Assembly: GCA_024280995.1 (NCBI GenBank)
Contig: JAMXLM010000045.1
Coordinates: 80,264-144,263 of the forward strand
DNA length: 64,000 nt
Origin: Candidatus Dormiibacterota bacterium
GTDB lineage: Bacteria > Chloroflexota > Dormibacteria > Dormibacterales > Dormibacteraceae
Direction of reading: 5' to 3'
The notes beneath the pieces were generated by a model. That model made no database searches and had not been told where the DNA came from. It was given only the letters and a program-made list of their open reading frames with translations. Position numbers and translations under genes: made by a program. Below are positions 1 to 13,628 of this stretch, piece after piece (position 1 is the first letter of the stretch; each line of letters begins with the position of its first letter).

Positions 1-57
1 CACGGAGTACGAGGAGTACCGCCGCGCGGTTCCCGGCTGGTGGCCGAGGTTGCGCCG

Positions 58-1470
58 CTAGCCGAGCAGCTTCAGCAGCAGCTCGCTCGCGATCTTGGGG
101 TTGGCGCTGGGTGCGCGCTTGCGCAGGTCGGCCATCAGGGCCTGCATGGCCTGCTTCTTCCCCGCGCGGTAGTCGCTCGCGGCCTTTGGGTTGGCGTCGA
201 TGACCGCCTCGGCCAGGATTCGGAGCTCCGATTCATCGCTCGACTGCCGGAATCCGCGCCCGGCCACGATCTCGGCCGGGCTGAGTCCTGAATCCGCCGC
301 CTCCATGTACGTCTCTCGCGCCTGGTCGCGGGTGATCGAGCCGGAATCGACGATCTTCATCAGCTCAGCCAGGTACTCCCCGGAGATGAGCTTCCCGGTC
401 GGCGCGACCTCGTTGACGATCCAGTTGGCGGTAGCGGCATCCGGCGCGCCATTGTCGACTGCCGACTCATAGAGGTCGGCGAGGTCGCGGTCGCCGCCGA
501 TCAGGGCTGCCACGCGCGGCGGCAGCTTGGCGGCAAGCCGCGCCCGCCGCAGCGACGGCAGCTCGGGCAGCGCTCCGCGGATCGCCTCGATCCACGCGCG
601 GTCGAGCTCCAGCGGCGGGATATCAGGCTCGGGAAAGTAGCGGTAATCCTCGGCGAACTCCTTGGTGCGCTGCGAAAAGGTGCGCTGCTCCTGCTCCGAC
701 CAGCCGCGCGTCTCCTGGACCACGGCCCCTCCAGACTCGAGGACCTGCTTCTGCCGCTCGACCTCGAACGCGATGGCTCGCTGAAGCGCCCGAAATGAGT
801 TGATGTTCTTCAGCTCGGTCTTCACGCCAAGCTCCTCGCTGCCGGCGCGGCGGATCGAGATGTTCGGCTCCGCGCGCATCTGTCCCTTCTCCATGTCGGC
901 GTCAGAAGCGCCGACAGTGCGAAGGAGAGCCTGCAGCTCCATCGCATACTCCCGCGCCTCCTCCGCCGAGCGGATGTCGGGTTCGCTCACGATCTCCATC
1001 AGCGCCACGCCCGCGCGATTGAGGTCGACATACGACTCCCAGGCCTTGTGCAGCTTGTCGCCGGCATGCAGCAGCTTGCCCGTGTCCTCCTCGAGGTGGA
1101 CACGGCGGATGCGGACCTTGCGCTCCCCCACCTCGATCCAGCCGTTGACGCTCATCGGCAGGTCGTACTGGCTGATCTGGTAGCCCTTGGGCAGGTCGGG
1201 ATACATGTAGTTCTTGCGGTCGAACTTCGTGTGCCTGGGGACCTCGCAGTTCAGCGCGAGCGCGGCCTTGAGCACAGCTTCGACCGCTGCCTTGTTTGGC
1301 ACGGGCAGCACGCCCGGCAGGCCAAGACAGACCTCGCAGACGTACGTGTTGGGCGCGGCATTCAGCGGCGCGATTCCGCAGCCGCAGAACATCTTCGAGC
1401 GGGTGCGCGGCTGGGCATGGACCTCCATTCCGATGACCACTTCCCACTGCGTGTCAGGCAACGTCTGCAA
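58..1470 (-). CDS. gatB: Asp/Glu-tRNA(Asn/Gln) amidotransferase subunit B (GatB)
   Basis: ORF 58..1626. The GatB-type N-terminus ([14 protein letters not shown]...MFCGCG) starts only near residue 55. The Arg-rich upstream part overlaps gatA. Probable TTG start at 1470 (or 1461), overlapping the gatA stop. Last gene of gatCAB. Confidence 0.9.
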   Translation of the reverse strand: MQTLPDTQWEVVIGMEVHAQPRTRSKMFCGCGIAPLNAAPNTYVCEVCLGLPGVLPVPNKAAVEAVLKAALALNCEVPRHTKFDRKNYMYPDLPKGYQISQYDLPMSVNGWIEVGERKVRIRRVHLEEDTGKLLHAGDKLHKAWESYVDLNRAGVALMEIVSEPDIRSAEEAREYAMELQALLRTVGASDADMEKGQMRAEPNISIRRAGSEELGVKTELKNINSFRALQRAIAFEVERQKQVLESGGAVVQETRGWSEQEQRTFSQRTKEFAEDYRYFPEPDIPPLELDRAWIEAIRGALPELPSLRRARLAAKLPPRVAALIGGDRDLADLYESAVDNGAPDAATANWIVNEVAPTGKLISGEYLAELMKIVDSGSITRDQARETYMEAADSGLSPAEIVAGRGFRQSSDESELRILAEAVIDANPKAASDYRAGKKQAMQALMADLRKRAPSANPKIASELLLKLLG

Positions 1471-2923
1471 CCCGAGACTTGATCTCGCTCGCCTCTTCGT
1501 AGGCGCGCGCCACCCGGAGGGCGACGTTCTCGCCCCATTGCGGCGCAAGCACCTGCAGGCCGACCGGCAGCCCTTCCGACGTCCCGCACGGAACGCTGAT
1601 CCCCGGAAGGCCGGCCAGGTTGCCACCGAGGGTCAGCACGTCGCACAGGTACATGGACAGCGGGTCCTGAGTCTTCGCGCCGATGGGAAAGGCGACCGTC
1701 GGCGAAGTCGCGCTCACGATCGCGTCGCACTTCTTGAACGCCTCGTCGAAATCGCGCTTGATCAGCGTGCGTACCTTCTGCGCCTTCAGGTAGTACGCGT
1801 CGTAATAGCCGCTCGAAAGAGCATACGTGCCGAGCATCACCCGACGGCGGACCTCACCGCCGAACCCCTCGCGCCGCACCTCCATGTACTCGTCGGTGAT
1901 GTTCGGGGCGTCGACCTCCGACAGCCCGAACCGCACACCGTCGAAGCGCGCGAGGTTGGATGAGCATTCGGCCGGCGCGATGATGTAGTAAGCGGCGAGC
2001 CCGTAGTCGGTGTGCGGCAGCGAGACGTCGACGATCTCAGCCCCTTCTCGCTGGAGCACGAACAGCGCGGCATCGATCGCGGCCTTGACGCCGGGCTCGA
2101 TGCCCTTGACCTCGTTGTACTCGCGCGGAAGGCCGAGGCGCATCCCGTTGACCCCGCCGGCGTAGTTGTTGAGCACCTCCATGCCGGCGCGATCGGAGGA
2201 CGTCGCGTCGAGCGGATCGAGCCCGCTCATCAGCGAGAGCACGACCGCGGCGTCGTCGACGCTGCGCGCAAAGGGACCGATCTGATCGAGGCTCGAGGCG
2301 AAGGCGATCAGGCCATAGCGGCTCACCCGGCCGTAAGTCGGCTTCATGCCGACCACGCCGCAGAGGGCGGCAGGCTGGCGGATCGACCCACCGGTGTCCG
2401 TGCCGAGGGCGATCACAGCTTCGCCCGCCGCCACGGCGGCGGCGCTGCCGCCAGAGCTTCCACCCGGCACACGCGCGAGATCCCATGGGTTGCGCGTCGG
2501 GAAGTAGCTCGAGTTCTCGGTCGAGCTGCCCATGGCGAACTCGTCGCAGTTGGTCACGCCGAGCATCACCGCCCCGGCGTCGAAGAGGCGCTGCACGGCC
2601 GTCGACGTGTACGGCGGCTTGAAGCCGCGCAGGATCTGCGAGCCCGCGGTCGCCTCGACGCCGCGCACGCACAGGACGTCCTTGATCGCGAGCGGGATGC
2701 CGTCGAGCGGGCGGCCCTCGCCCATGCGGATTCGGCGGTCCGCCTCATCGGCCTGCGTCTCCCAGAGCTCCTGCGTGAGCCGCAAGTACGCCTTGACCTT
2801 CGGATCGACACGCTCGATGCGCTCGACGTGCGCGGTGACCAGGTCGCCGGCTGAGATCGAGCCGAGACGCAGCAACCGCGAAGCTTCCGTGATCGTGAGC
2901 CGGGTCAGGTCGTCGGAGGTCAT
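1454..2923 (-). CDS. gatA: Glu-tRNA(Gln) amidotransferase subunit A (GatA)
   Basis: 489-aa ORF with an amidase-signature region ([14 protein letters not shown]...[13 protein letters not shown]). ATGA overlap with the gatC stop. Confidence 0.93.
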   Translation of the reverse strand: MTSDDLTRLTITEASRLLRLGSISAGDLVTAHVERIERVDPKVKAYLRLTQELWETQADEADRRIRMGEGRPLDGIPLAIKDVLCVRGVEATAGSQILRGFKPPYTSTAVQRLFDAGAVMLGVTNCDEFAMGSSTENSSYFPTRNPWDLARVPGGSSGGSAAAVAAGEAVIALGTDTGGSIRQPAALCGVVGMKPTYGRVSRYGLIAFASSLDQIGPFARSVDDAAVVLSLMSGLDPLDATSSDRAGMEVLNNYAGGVNGMRLGLPREYNEVKGIEPGVKAAIDAALFVLQREGAEIVDVSLPHTDYGLAAYYIIAPAECSSNLARFDGVRFGLSEVDAPNITDEYMEVRREGFGGEVRRRVMLGTYALSSGYYDAYYLKAQKVRTLIKRDFDEAFKKCDAIVSATSPTVAFPIGAKTQDPLSMYLCDVLTLGGNLAGLPGISVPCGTSEGLPVGLQVLAPQWGENVALRVARAYEEASEIKSRVADVA

Positions 2924-3213
2924 GTCTCTTCCTGGATCGCCGGCACGCGGAAGAACCCGTCGACCGTCGCCGGTGCGTTGGCCAGCGCTTCCTCCTGGGT
3001 CAAGGACGGCCGCGGTTCGTCGTCGCGCAGGCGGCTTGCGATCTCGACCACCTGCGCCGTCGGCGGGATGTCCTCGGTGTCGAGCTGCTGAAGACGGTCG
3101 ATGTGGCCGAGGATGCCGCTCAGCTGCTCGGCGTAGAACTCCTCGTCACCGGGTTCGAGACCGATCCGAGCGAGCAGCGCGACGTGGCGAACCTCGTCCT
3201 TCGATAGGGCCAT
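2920..3213 (-). CDS. gatC: Glu-tRNA(Gln) amidotransferase subunit C (GatC)
   Basis: 97 aa. Typical GatC N-terminus (DEVRHVALLARIGLEP...LSGILGHIDRLQQLD). Sits directly upstream of gatA. Confidence 0.88.
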   Translation of the reverse strand: MALSKDEVRHVALLARIGLEPGDEEFYAEQLSGILGHIDRLQQLDTEDIPPTAQVVEIASRLRDDEPRPSLTQEEALANAPATVDGFFRVPAIQEET

Positions 3214-3225
3214 CAGAAGAAAACT

Positions 3226-7657
<4,432 letters not shown>

Positions 7658-7665
7658 GGCTGGAA

Positions 7666-8883
7666 ATGCCGACCCGCGCCGTTATGCTCCACAAGGCTTT
7701 GGCACAGGAAGTCGAATTCGGCACGCGTGATCACCTGCTCTACGAGCTGGCTCGTGACCTCAGCTCCTCCCTGGACCTGGACACGGTGCTCCTCAAGGTC
7801 ATGGAGCGCGTGATCACCCTGATGAAGGCTTCGCGCGGGTTCATCGTCCTCGTCGACCCGGTGGACGGCACGTTGTCGGTCCAGATGTCGGGCGGGTCGG
7901 ACCCCGAAAAGGCGCGCGAGTTCCTCGGCTCGCGGACGGTCATCGAGCACGTCGTCCAGACGGGCGAGGCGGTGGTCGCCACCGACGCCAGCCTCGACGA
8001 CCGGTTCAAGGGCAGGCAGTCCGTGATCATGCAGAACCTGCGCTCGATCATCGCCGTGCCGCTGGTGACGAAAGGCAACGTGATCGGCGCCCTGTACGTC
8101 GACAACCCGTTCCGCGCGTCGATCTTCGAGGAGAAGGACAAGGAGTTCCTGCAGGCAATCTCCGACCTGGCCGCCATCGCCATCGACAACGCCCGCCAGT
8201 ACGAGCGCTCCGAGTTCCTCCGCCAGCTTTTCGAGGCGCACGTCAACAAGCAGGTGACCGACTACGTGCTCACGCGCTCGGGCCGAACGCTTCGTTTCCT
8301 GCCCGGCGAGCGGCGCGAGGTCACGATGCTCAACTCCGACATCGCCGGCTTCTCGACCCTCTCCCAGAGCATGGACGCGGAGGAGCTGGTGCGGTTCCTG
8401 AACGACTACTTCCAGCGCATGATCCGGGTCGTACTCGAGCACGGCGGCAACATCGACAAGTTCCAGGGCGACGGAATGCTCGTCGTCTTCGGCGCCCCCA
8501 ACCCGGTCAACGACCACGCCGAGCGGGCGCTGAACGCAGCTCTGGCGATGATGCGCGAGATCGAGCTGTTCAACCGCGAGCAGCTGGACGCCGGGCACAG
8601 CGCGATATCGGTCGGCATGGGCCTGGACACAGGCGAGGTCGTGGCCGGGCACGTCGGCTCGGACGACCGCATGGAGTTCACGCTGATCGGCGTACCGGTC
8701 AACAACAGCGCCTACCTGTCGAAGGTCAGGCCGGCGCGGGTGCTGATGTCAGAGTCGACGCGCGTGCGAGTGCCTGAAAACGGGTTCCAGGTCGCGGACT
8801 ACGAGCCGCTTCACCTCAAGGGAGCGAAGGGACCGCAGGCGATTTTCGAGCTGGCGGCGACGTACTCCCAGCTGGGCGGATAG
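7666..8883 (+). CDS. GAF domain - class III nucleotidyl cyclase domain protein
   Basis: N-terminal GAF pattern (LDLDTVLLKVMERVITLMKASRGFIVLVD...NVIGALYVDNP). C-terminal cyclase homology domain (VTMLNSDIAGFS...IDKFQGDGMLVVFGAP...IGVPVNNSAYLS). An alternative ATG at 7684 is possible. Confidence 0.8.
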   Translation: MPTRAVMLHKALAQEVEFGTRDHLLYELARDLSSSLDLDTVLLKVMERVITLMKASRGFIVLVDPVDGTLSVQMSGGSDPEKAREFLGSRTVIEHVVQTGEAVVATDASLDDRFKGRQSVIMQNLRSIIAVPLVTKGNVIGALYVDNPFRASIFEEKDKEFLQAISDLAAIAIDNARQYERSEFLRQLFEAHVNKQVTDYVLTRSGRTLRFLPGERREVTMLNSDIAGFSTLSQSMDAEELVRFLNDYFQRMIRVVLEHGGNIDKFQGDGMLVVFGAPNPVNDHAERALNAALAMMREIELFNREQLDAGHSAISVGMGLDTGEVVAGHVGSDDRMEFTLIGVPVNNSAYLSKVRPARVLMSESTRVRVPENGFQVADYEPLHLKGAKGPQAIFELAATYSQLGG

Positions 8884-8903
8884 TCCCGACTAAGCGCCCG
8901 AGC

Positions 8904-9488
8904 TCAGCCCTGGCACTGCCACTGGCTTGGGCCATCCCGGTTGTAGAGCCAGGCGGCAGCCAGCGAGTTGTACTTCGGATCGAAGGGTGAGTAGCTCGCG
9001 TAGGGCGTGAACGCCCACGTGCTGGGCAGGAACTGGAACAAGCCCTCAGCTCCGCTCGACGAGTTCACCGAGTTCGGGTGGTATCGCGACTCGCACCAGG
9101 CGACGTTCAGCGCCCACTGCACGGCCGCCGGCCCCAGCGGGGTGAACGCGTCGATGATGTCCTGCGTGATCGAGGTGGGGGGCGCGGGATGGTTGTTGCG
9201 CGCGGCGTTGGCCGCCGCCTGGGCCTGGGCGGCCGCGAGCGCCTGCTGCTTGGCCTGGTAGTCGGCGAGGCCCTGCTTCAGCTCCCCCTGCCACGAAGCG
9301 ACCTGCGCCATCTGGTCGGCCTGGACGCGCTGGGAGTGAGATTGCTGGACGAACGAGTTGCGGTCGAAAGAGCTGAGCTGCGTGACCGCCACCTGCACCG
9401 GGTGCATCGCCGGCGGGTCAAGGCGCGGCAGGAGCACGCTCACGAGAAGCACGACCCACACCAGCACCGCTCGGAACAGCGGCAGCAA
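8904..9488 (-). CDS. secreted transglycosylase-like protein (SLT/Rpf-type domain)
   Basis: TTG start. N-terminal hydrophobic anchor/signal, Ala/Gln-rich linker, C-terminal AWCESRYHPNSVN...GAEGLFQFLPSTW motif typical of lytic-transglycosylase/Rpf-like domains. Confidence 0.7.
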   Translation of the reverse strand: MLPLFRAVLVWVVLLVSVLLPRLDPPAMHPVQVAVTQLSSFDRNSFVQQSHSQRVQADQMAQVASWQGELKQGLADYQAKQQALAAAQAQAAANAARNNHPAPPTSITQDIIDAFTPLGPAAVQWALNVAWCESRYHPNSVNSSSGAEGLFQFLPSTWAFTPYASYSPFDPKYNSLAAAWLYNRDGPSQWQCQG

Positions 9489-9658
9489 ACCCCTTTCTTC
9501 GCTCCTGTCCTTGAACTCGCCCTACCCCTGGGGCGGTCAGGCCTGAGCTCGGAGCGTGACGTGAGAAGGACGCGCTCAGGTTTCCGGGAAAGGTGCACCT
9601 TACCACACGGTCGGCAACTATCCGTAGCCGTACGCCCCGGTACCAAAAAGGTCGGTTT

Positions 9659-12600
9659 CTAGACGGGCGCCGCAACCCCGGTCGTCACCCGGTATGCCAT
9701 GACCGGGGCGGGAAAACCTTTGAGCGTGAGTGTCGCCTGCTCGACTGCAAGGCGCCTCCCCTCGAGCCATTCGCCGACCCGGCGATACGCCTCCTCGCTG
9801 AGCATCACCTCACCCGCGCCGGCCGCTGACTGCAGTCGCGAGGCAAGGTTTGTGACCTCGCCGAGAACGCTGAGGTTCGCCGACTCGGCGAGGTTGCCGA
9901 CGACTGCCGGACCCACGGCAACCGCCGCCCCGACCGGGAGCTCGGCGAGCGCCGCCTTGTCGATGATCGCGATCGCAGCTCGGAGCGCATCCAGCGCGTG
10001 GTCGACCGTTTGCCCGCTGACGTTGAACGTGGCCATCACCGCGTCGCCGGCGAACTTGTCGACGACGCCGTGCCGCCGCTCGACCTCCTGGGTAGCCCAT
10101 CGCTGCAGTGAAGCGATTCGGCCCGCAATCTCCGAGGGGACCGATCGACCGGTCAGCTCCGTGTAACCGCGCACGTCCGCGAACATCACGGACACCATCC
10201 GCTCGCCTGTCGCAACTCGCACGGCGCCGCGTGCGGCGACGTCCGCTTCGGGCGGCATGGCGATCTGCAAACCAAGCCTGTTTGCCACGTCCAGCGCCAG
10301 TCGAGCGGCGAGGGCGGCGCCCGCGGCGGTGGCATGCGCGACGATGCGCGTCAGACGGTCCTCGGCGGCCTCGACGTCGCCGGAGGCGTGCTCGGCCTCT
10401 GCCAGCGCCCGACCCGCGTGCCACGCGTCGAGGTTCAGCCCAGCCTCCTCGAACGAGGTCACCGCTCGGCCGAGAAGGCGAATCGCGTCCGCGGTCTTTC
10501 CCTCGAGCAGCGCCAGCCGTCCGCGCGCCGAATCGTATCGAGGAGATGCCAGGGCCTCACCCTGCGCGGGAATGGATTCGATGTACTTGCGCAGCCAAAC
10601 TGCGTCGCCGGCCGTCTCCGCGACCGCGTCGGTGGGCGCAACGAGCAAGCAGGCACGGGCCGGGATGGCTGCAGCCTCCTCGAAGGCGCCCACTGCGTCG
10701 CCCGCCGCCAGCCGCAGGCGGATTCTTCCCTCGCCGTCGTAGACGGCGTCCTGTGAGTCGACGCGACTGGAGCGCGGCGGCATCACCGCCGCAGCCTCGG
10801 AACTGCGCATGTTCTCGGCCAGGGCGCTTCCCAGCACCACCGAAGCGCGCCACAGCATCTTCGCGAACCCACCATCGCGCGCGCGCTGCACGGAGCCGCG
10901 AGCGTGAGCGATCGCGTCGACGACCTGGCCCCGCTTGAGCGCAATCAACGAGCGGATGTAGTAAGGCCAGGGGTCGGAATCCACGTTCACCTCGCGAGAC
11001 AAGCGCTCGTACCAGACGTCCACCTTGTCGCCACGCGCCAGGTGAACCGCTCCCCAGGCGGCGTTGCCGGTCACGTTGCCCACCTGGTACCTCTGGCCGG
11101 CGGCGACCGCGGCGTTGTAGCTGTCGTCGTTGTGAGCAAAGCCTTCCTCGACACGGCCCAGCTGGATCTCGCATCCGCCGACGAAATTCAAGGCCCACGC
11201 CAATGTGAGCTCGGCTCCGACCTGCCTGGCGACCTCGACCGCCCGAGTCGCATGCTCCAGGCCCACCGCCGGCCTCTGGTCGAACATCGCCAGGCCGGCG
11301 AGCCGTATGTAGGCGATGGCAAGCTGCTCGCTGGGTCCCGCGGCCTCCAGAACGTCACGCGCCGCCTGGTATTCGCGTTCCGCAAGGTCCGAGCGCTGGA
11401 GCTCCCACCAGCATCGCCCGAGCAATACTCGTTGCTCCGCCGCCTCCTGGCGGAGGCCTGCCTTCTCGAGACCCGCGATGCCCTCCTCCAGCAGGCGCTT
11501 GGCCAGCCCCGGCTCGTTGTTGTTCCAGTAGCCGTCCGCGGCCCGACACAGCACACGCGAGCGCTCGATCGAGTCGACGATGTATGGCGCGGCACGCTCG
11601 AGCAGCTGTGCAGCGTCCCTGTACGCCTGTGCGTGAAGCGCGTCATCCGCCGCGGTGATGCACATCGCGACCGCCTCCGCGTTGCGACCGGCCATCAGGA
11701 GGTGGTGCGCCAGGTCGACGGCGACTCGGTCCGGACGTGAGGCAAGCAGGTCAGCGATCCGTGAGTGCAGCTGCTGGCGGCGGGGCACCACCAGGTCCTC
11801 GTAGATCGCCTCGCGCGTCAGGGCATGGCGAAACCGATACCGGCCGGAGCTGCGATCCTCGGGCTCGATCAGCTGCGCGGCCACGCTCGACTCGAGCGCG
11901 GAGAGCGCCACGGCCTCATCCACTTGAGCAACCTGCGCCACCGCATCGAGGTCGAATGACCGCCCCATCACCGATCCTGCCGCGAGGACGGCGATGTCGT
12001 CGTGGCCCAGACGCTCGAGGCGCTGCAGTATGGCGTCGCGAACCGTTGGCGGGATGCGGATCTCCGCCAGCGACTTGCGGTCCCAGCCGGTTTCGGTGCG
12101 GTAGATGTCGCCGCGGTCGAGCGCGTCGCGCAGCATTTCCTCCAGAACGAACGGGTTGCCCTCGCTGCGCTCGCGGAGGAAGTCGCTGAACTCCTCGGAG
12201 ACCGTCTGCTCTTCGAAGATCGCGCCGACCATGTCCGCGACCTGAGTCGCGTTGAGGGGCTTCAGCTCGATCAAGTCGACCTGGCCGCTCCGGCGCCAAC
12301 CCTGGACGGTCGGCAGCAGCGCGTGCTTTCGGTGCATCTCGTCCGAGCGATAGGTCGCGACGACGAGCACGTTGGTCGAGCGAAGCCGGCGAGTCGCGTA
12401 GTCGAGCAGCTCACGCGTCGCCGGGTCCGCCCACTGCAGGTCCTCGAGGATCACCAGGAGCGCACGCCGGCTCGCGGCGTCGCGAAACAGGAGCAGCATC
12501 GATTCGAACAGCCGGAGCTTGGCCTGCGTCGCATCGCCGCCGGTTGACGCTGGGCGCCCCATCTGCGGGAACAGCTGCGCGAGCTCATCCGCCGCCGGAC

Positions 12601-12904
12601 CCAGCCGGTCGCGCAGAGACGCCAGGTCGGCGCCGGCCAGGTAGTTGCCGATCGCCTCGAGAAATGGCAGATAGGGGAGCGCAAGCTCGGCTTCGCTGCA
12701 TCCTCCCGCGAGCACCACGCAGCCCAGGCGCCGCGCGCGGCCGGCAAGGGCATTGACGAGGCGCGTCTTCCCCATCCCCGCCTCGCCGCCGACGATGACG
12801 ACGCCGCCATCGCCCCGGAGCGACGAAAGCAGCGCGTCCTCGAGCGCGGACAGCTCGGTGTCACGACCGACGAGGACCGGGGACAGGACGCGAGAGAGCG
12901 CCAC
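9659..12904 (-). CDS. STAND/AAA ATPase - TPR-like repeats - C-terminal class III adenylate/guanylate cyclase domain
   Basis: ORF 9659..13078. The conserved N-terminus starts at VLVGRDTELSAL, with P-loop GEAGMGKTRL. A GTG at 12904 lies 2 nt after the plsC-like stop. C-terminus: VSVMFADVRGYT...DKFAGDAVMATF...GEVTNLASRLQ. Confidence 0.8.
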   Translation of the reverse strand: MALSRVLSPVLVGRDTELSALEDALLSSLRGDGGVVIVGGEAGMGKTRLVNALAGRARRLGCVVLAGGCSEAELALPYLPFLEAIGNYLAGADLASLRDRLGPAADELAQLFPQMGRPASTGGDATQAKLRLFESMLLLFRDAASRRALLVILEDLQWADPATRELLDYATRRLRSTNVLVVATYRSDEMHRKHALLPTVQGWRRSGQVDLIELKPLNATQVADMVGAIFEEQTVSEEFSDFLRERSEGNPFVLEEMLRDALDRGDIYRTETGWDRKSLAEIRIPPTVRDAILQRLERLGHDDIAVLAAGSVMGRSFDLDAVAQVAQVDEAVALSALESSVAAQLIEPEDRSSGRYRFRHALTREAIYEDLVVPRRQQLHSRIADLLASRPDRVAVDLAHHLLMAGRNAEAVAMCITAADDALHAQAYRDAAQLLERAAPYIVDSIERSRVLCRAADGYWNNNEPGLAKRLLEEGIAGLEKAGLRQEAAEQRVLLGRCWWELQRSDLAEREYQAARDVLEAAGPSEQLAIAYIRLAGLAMFDQRPAVGLEHATRAVEVARQVGAELTLAWALNFVGGCEIQLGRVEEGFAHNDDSYNAAVAAGQRYQVGNVTGNAAWGAVHLARGDKVDVWYERLSREVNVDSDPWPYYIRSLIALKRGQVVDAIAHARGSVQRARDGGFAKMLWRASVVLGSALAENMRSSEAAAVMPPRSSRVDSQDAVYDGEGRIRLRLAAGDAVGAFEEAAAIPARACLLVAPTDAVAETAGDAVWLRKYIESIPAQGEALASPRYDSARGRLALLEGKTADAIRLLGRAVTSFEEAGLNLDAWHAGRALAEAEHASGDVEAAEDRLTRIVAHATAAGAALAARLALDVANRLGLQIAMPPEADVAARGAVRVATGERMVSVMFADVRGYTELTGRSVPSEIAGRIASLQRWATQEVERRHGVVDKFAGDAVMATFNVSGQTVDHALDALRAAIAIIDKAALAELPVGAAVAVGPAVVGNLAESANLSVLGEVTNLASRLQSAAGAGEVMLSEEAYRRVGEWLEGRRLAVEQATLTLKGFPAPVMAYRVTTGVAAPV

Positions 12905-12906
12905 CG

Positions 12907-13614
12907 TCAGAAAAGGTGGGTCAGCTGCTTGCGGAGCAATCTTGGTCCAGGCGACTCGGAGTACGCCGGCATCAGCTCGCTGATCGTATGGAACGCCAGG
13001 TCCGTCAGCGCGGCCGGATCCTGGCCGGCCGACGAGATGGCCGGCCCGACGATGACGCGGATCCTCTTGCGGAACCACAGGTCCTTCGTGCCCGAGAGCG
13101 CGACCGGCACCACCGGCACTCCGGCCTTGATCGCGAAATGAGCGAAGCCCTTGTGAAACTGCATCAGCTCACCTTCTTTCGCACCGTAGTTGCCTTCCGG
13201 GAAGATGGCCACAGCCCCGCCCACCTCGAGGCAATCGTCGACGTGCTTGAACAGGACGTTGTCGCCGTGTCGCTCGCGGACGACCGGGACGTAGCCACCT
13301 GTGGTCCGCACCAGCCACCACTGGAACCGGCGCGTGACAAGGAGTGTTGGATCGGCAAGGAAGTGCAGGCGCGGCTCGACCGGGAACAGGAGCAGGAGCG
13401 CGAACTCGTCCAGCCAGTTGAGGTGGTTGGCGATGACGACGTAGTTGCCGCCGCGAGGTCGCGGGATGTTCTCGCGTCCCTGGACGTCGAACTTGAAGCA
13501 AAGGCGCAGGAGCGGCACGCCAATCAGGCGGACGATTCGGTACGGGATGTTGGCCCGTGGGCCAACCGGCAAGAGATCAGCGGCGGGAAGAGCTGCGCCG
13601 GCGTCAACCGCCAT
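12907..13614 (-). CDS. 1-acyl-sn-glycerol-3-phosphate acyltransferase-like (PlsC family)
   Basis: Only the C-terminal 235 aa of ORF 12907..14628 looks protein-like. ATG at 13614. HX4D motif NHLNWLD and FPEGN motif are present. Confidence 0.8.
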   Translation of the reverse strand: MAVDAGAALPAADLLPVGPRANIPYRIVRLIGVPLLRLCFKFDVQGRENIPRPRGGNYVVIANHLNWLDEFALLLLFPVEPRLHFLADPTLLVTRRFQWWLVRTTGGYVPVVRERHGDNVLFKHVDDCLEVGGAVAIFPEGNYGAKEGELMQFHKGFAHFAIKAGVPVVPVALSGTKDLWFRKRIRVIVGPAISSAGQDPAALTDLAFHTISELMPAYSESPGPRLLRKQLTHLF

Positions 13615-13628
13615 CGTTTGGCGGAAGT

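Noticed and set aside
9489-9658. ydaO-type c-di-AMP riboswitch upstream of the Rpf/SLT-like gene.
   Set aside because: The context is suggestive. However, the hallmark conserved segments as I remember them (for example ...CAGCUAACCUCGUAAGCG... and the paired ACGGGG/CCGA-type cores) are not visible. Only a short GGUAGGGCGA resemblance exists.
7666-12904. Cyclic-nucleotide antiphage signalling system (Pycsar/CBASS-like), because two cyclase genes lie close together.
   Set aside because: There is no adjacent effector with a cNMP-binding, TIR, patatin, endonuclease or TM-effector domain. The cyclases are large sensory multidomain proteins typical of housekeeping signalling. The genes between them are a wall hydrolase and, beyond, plsC.
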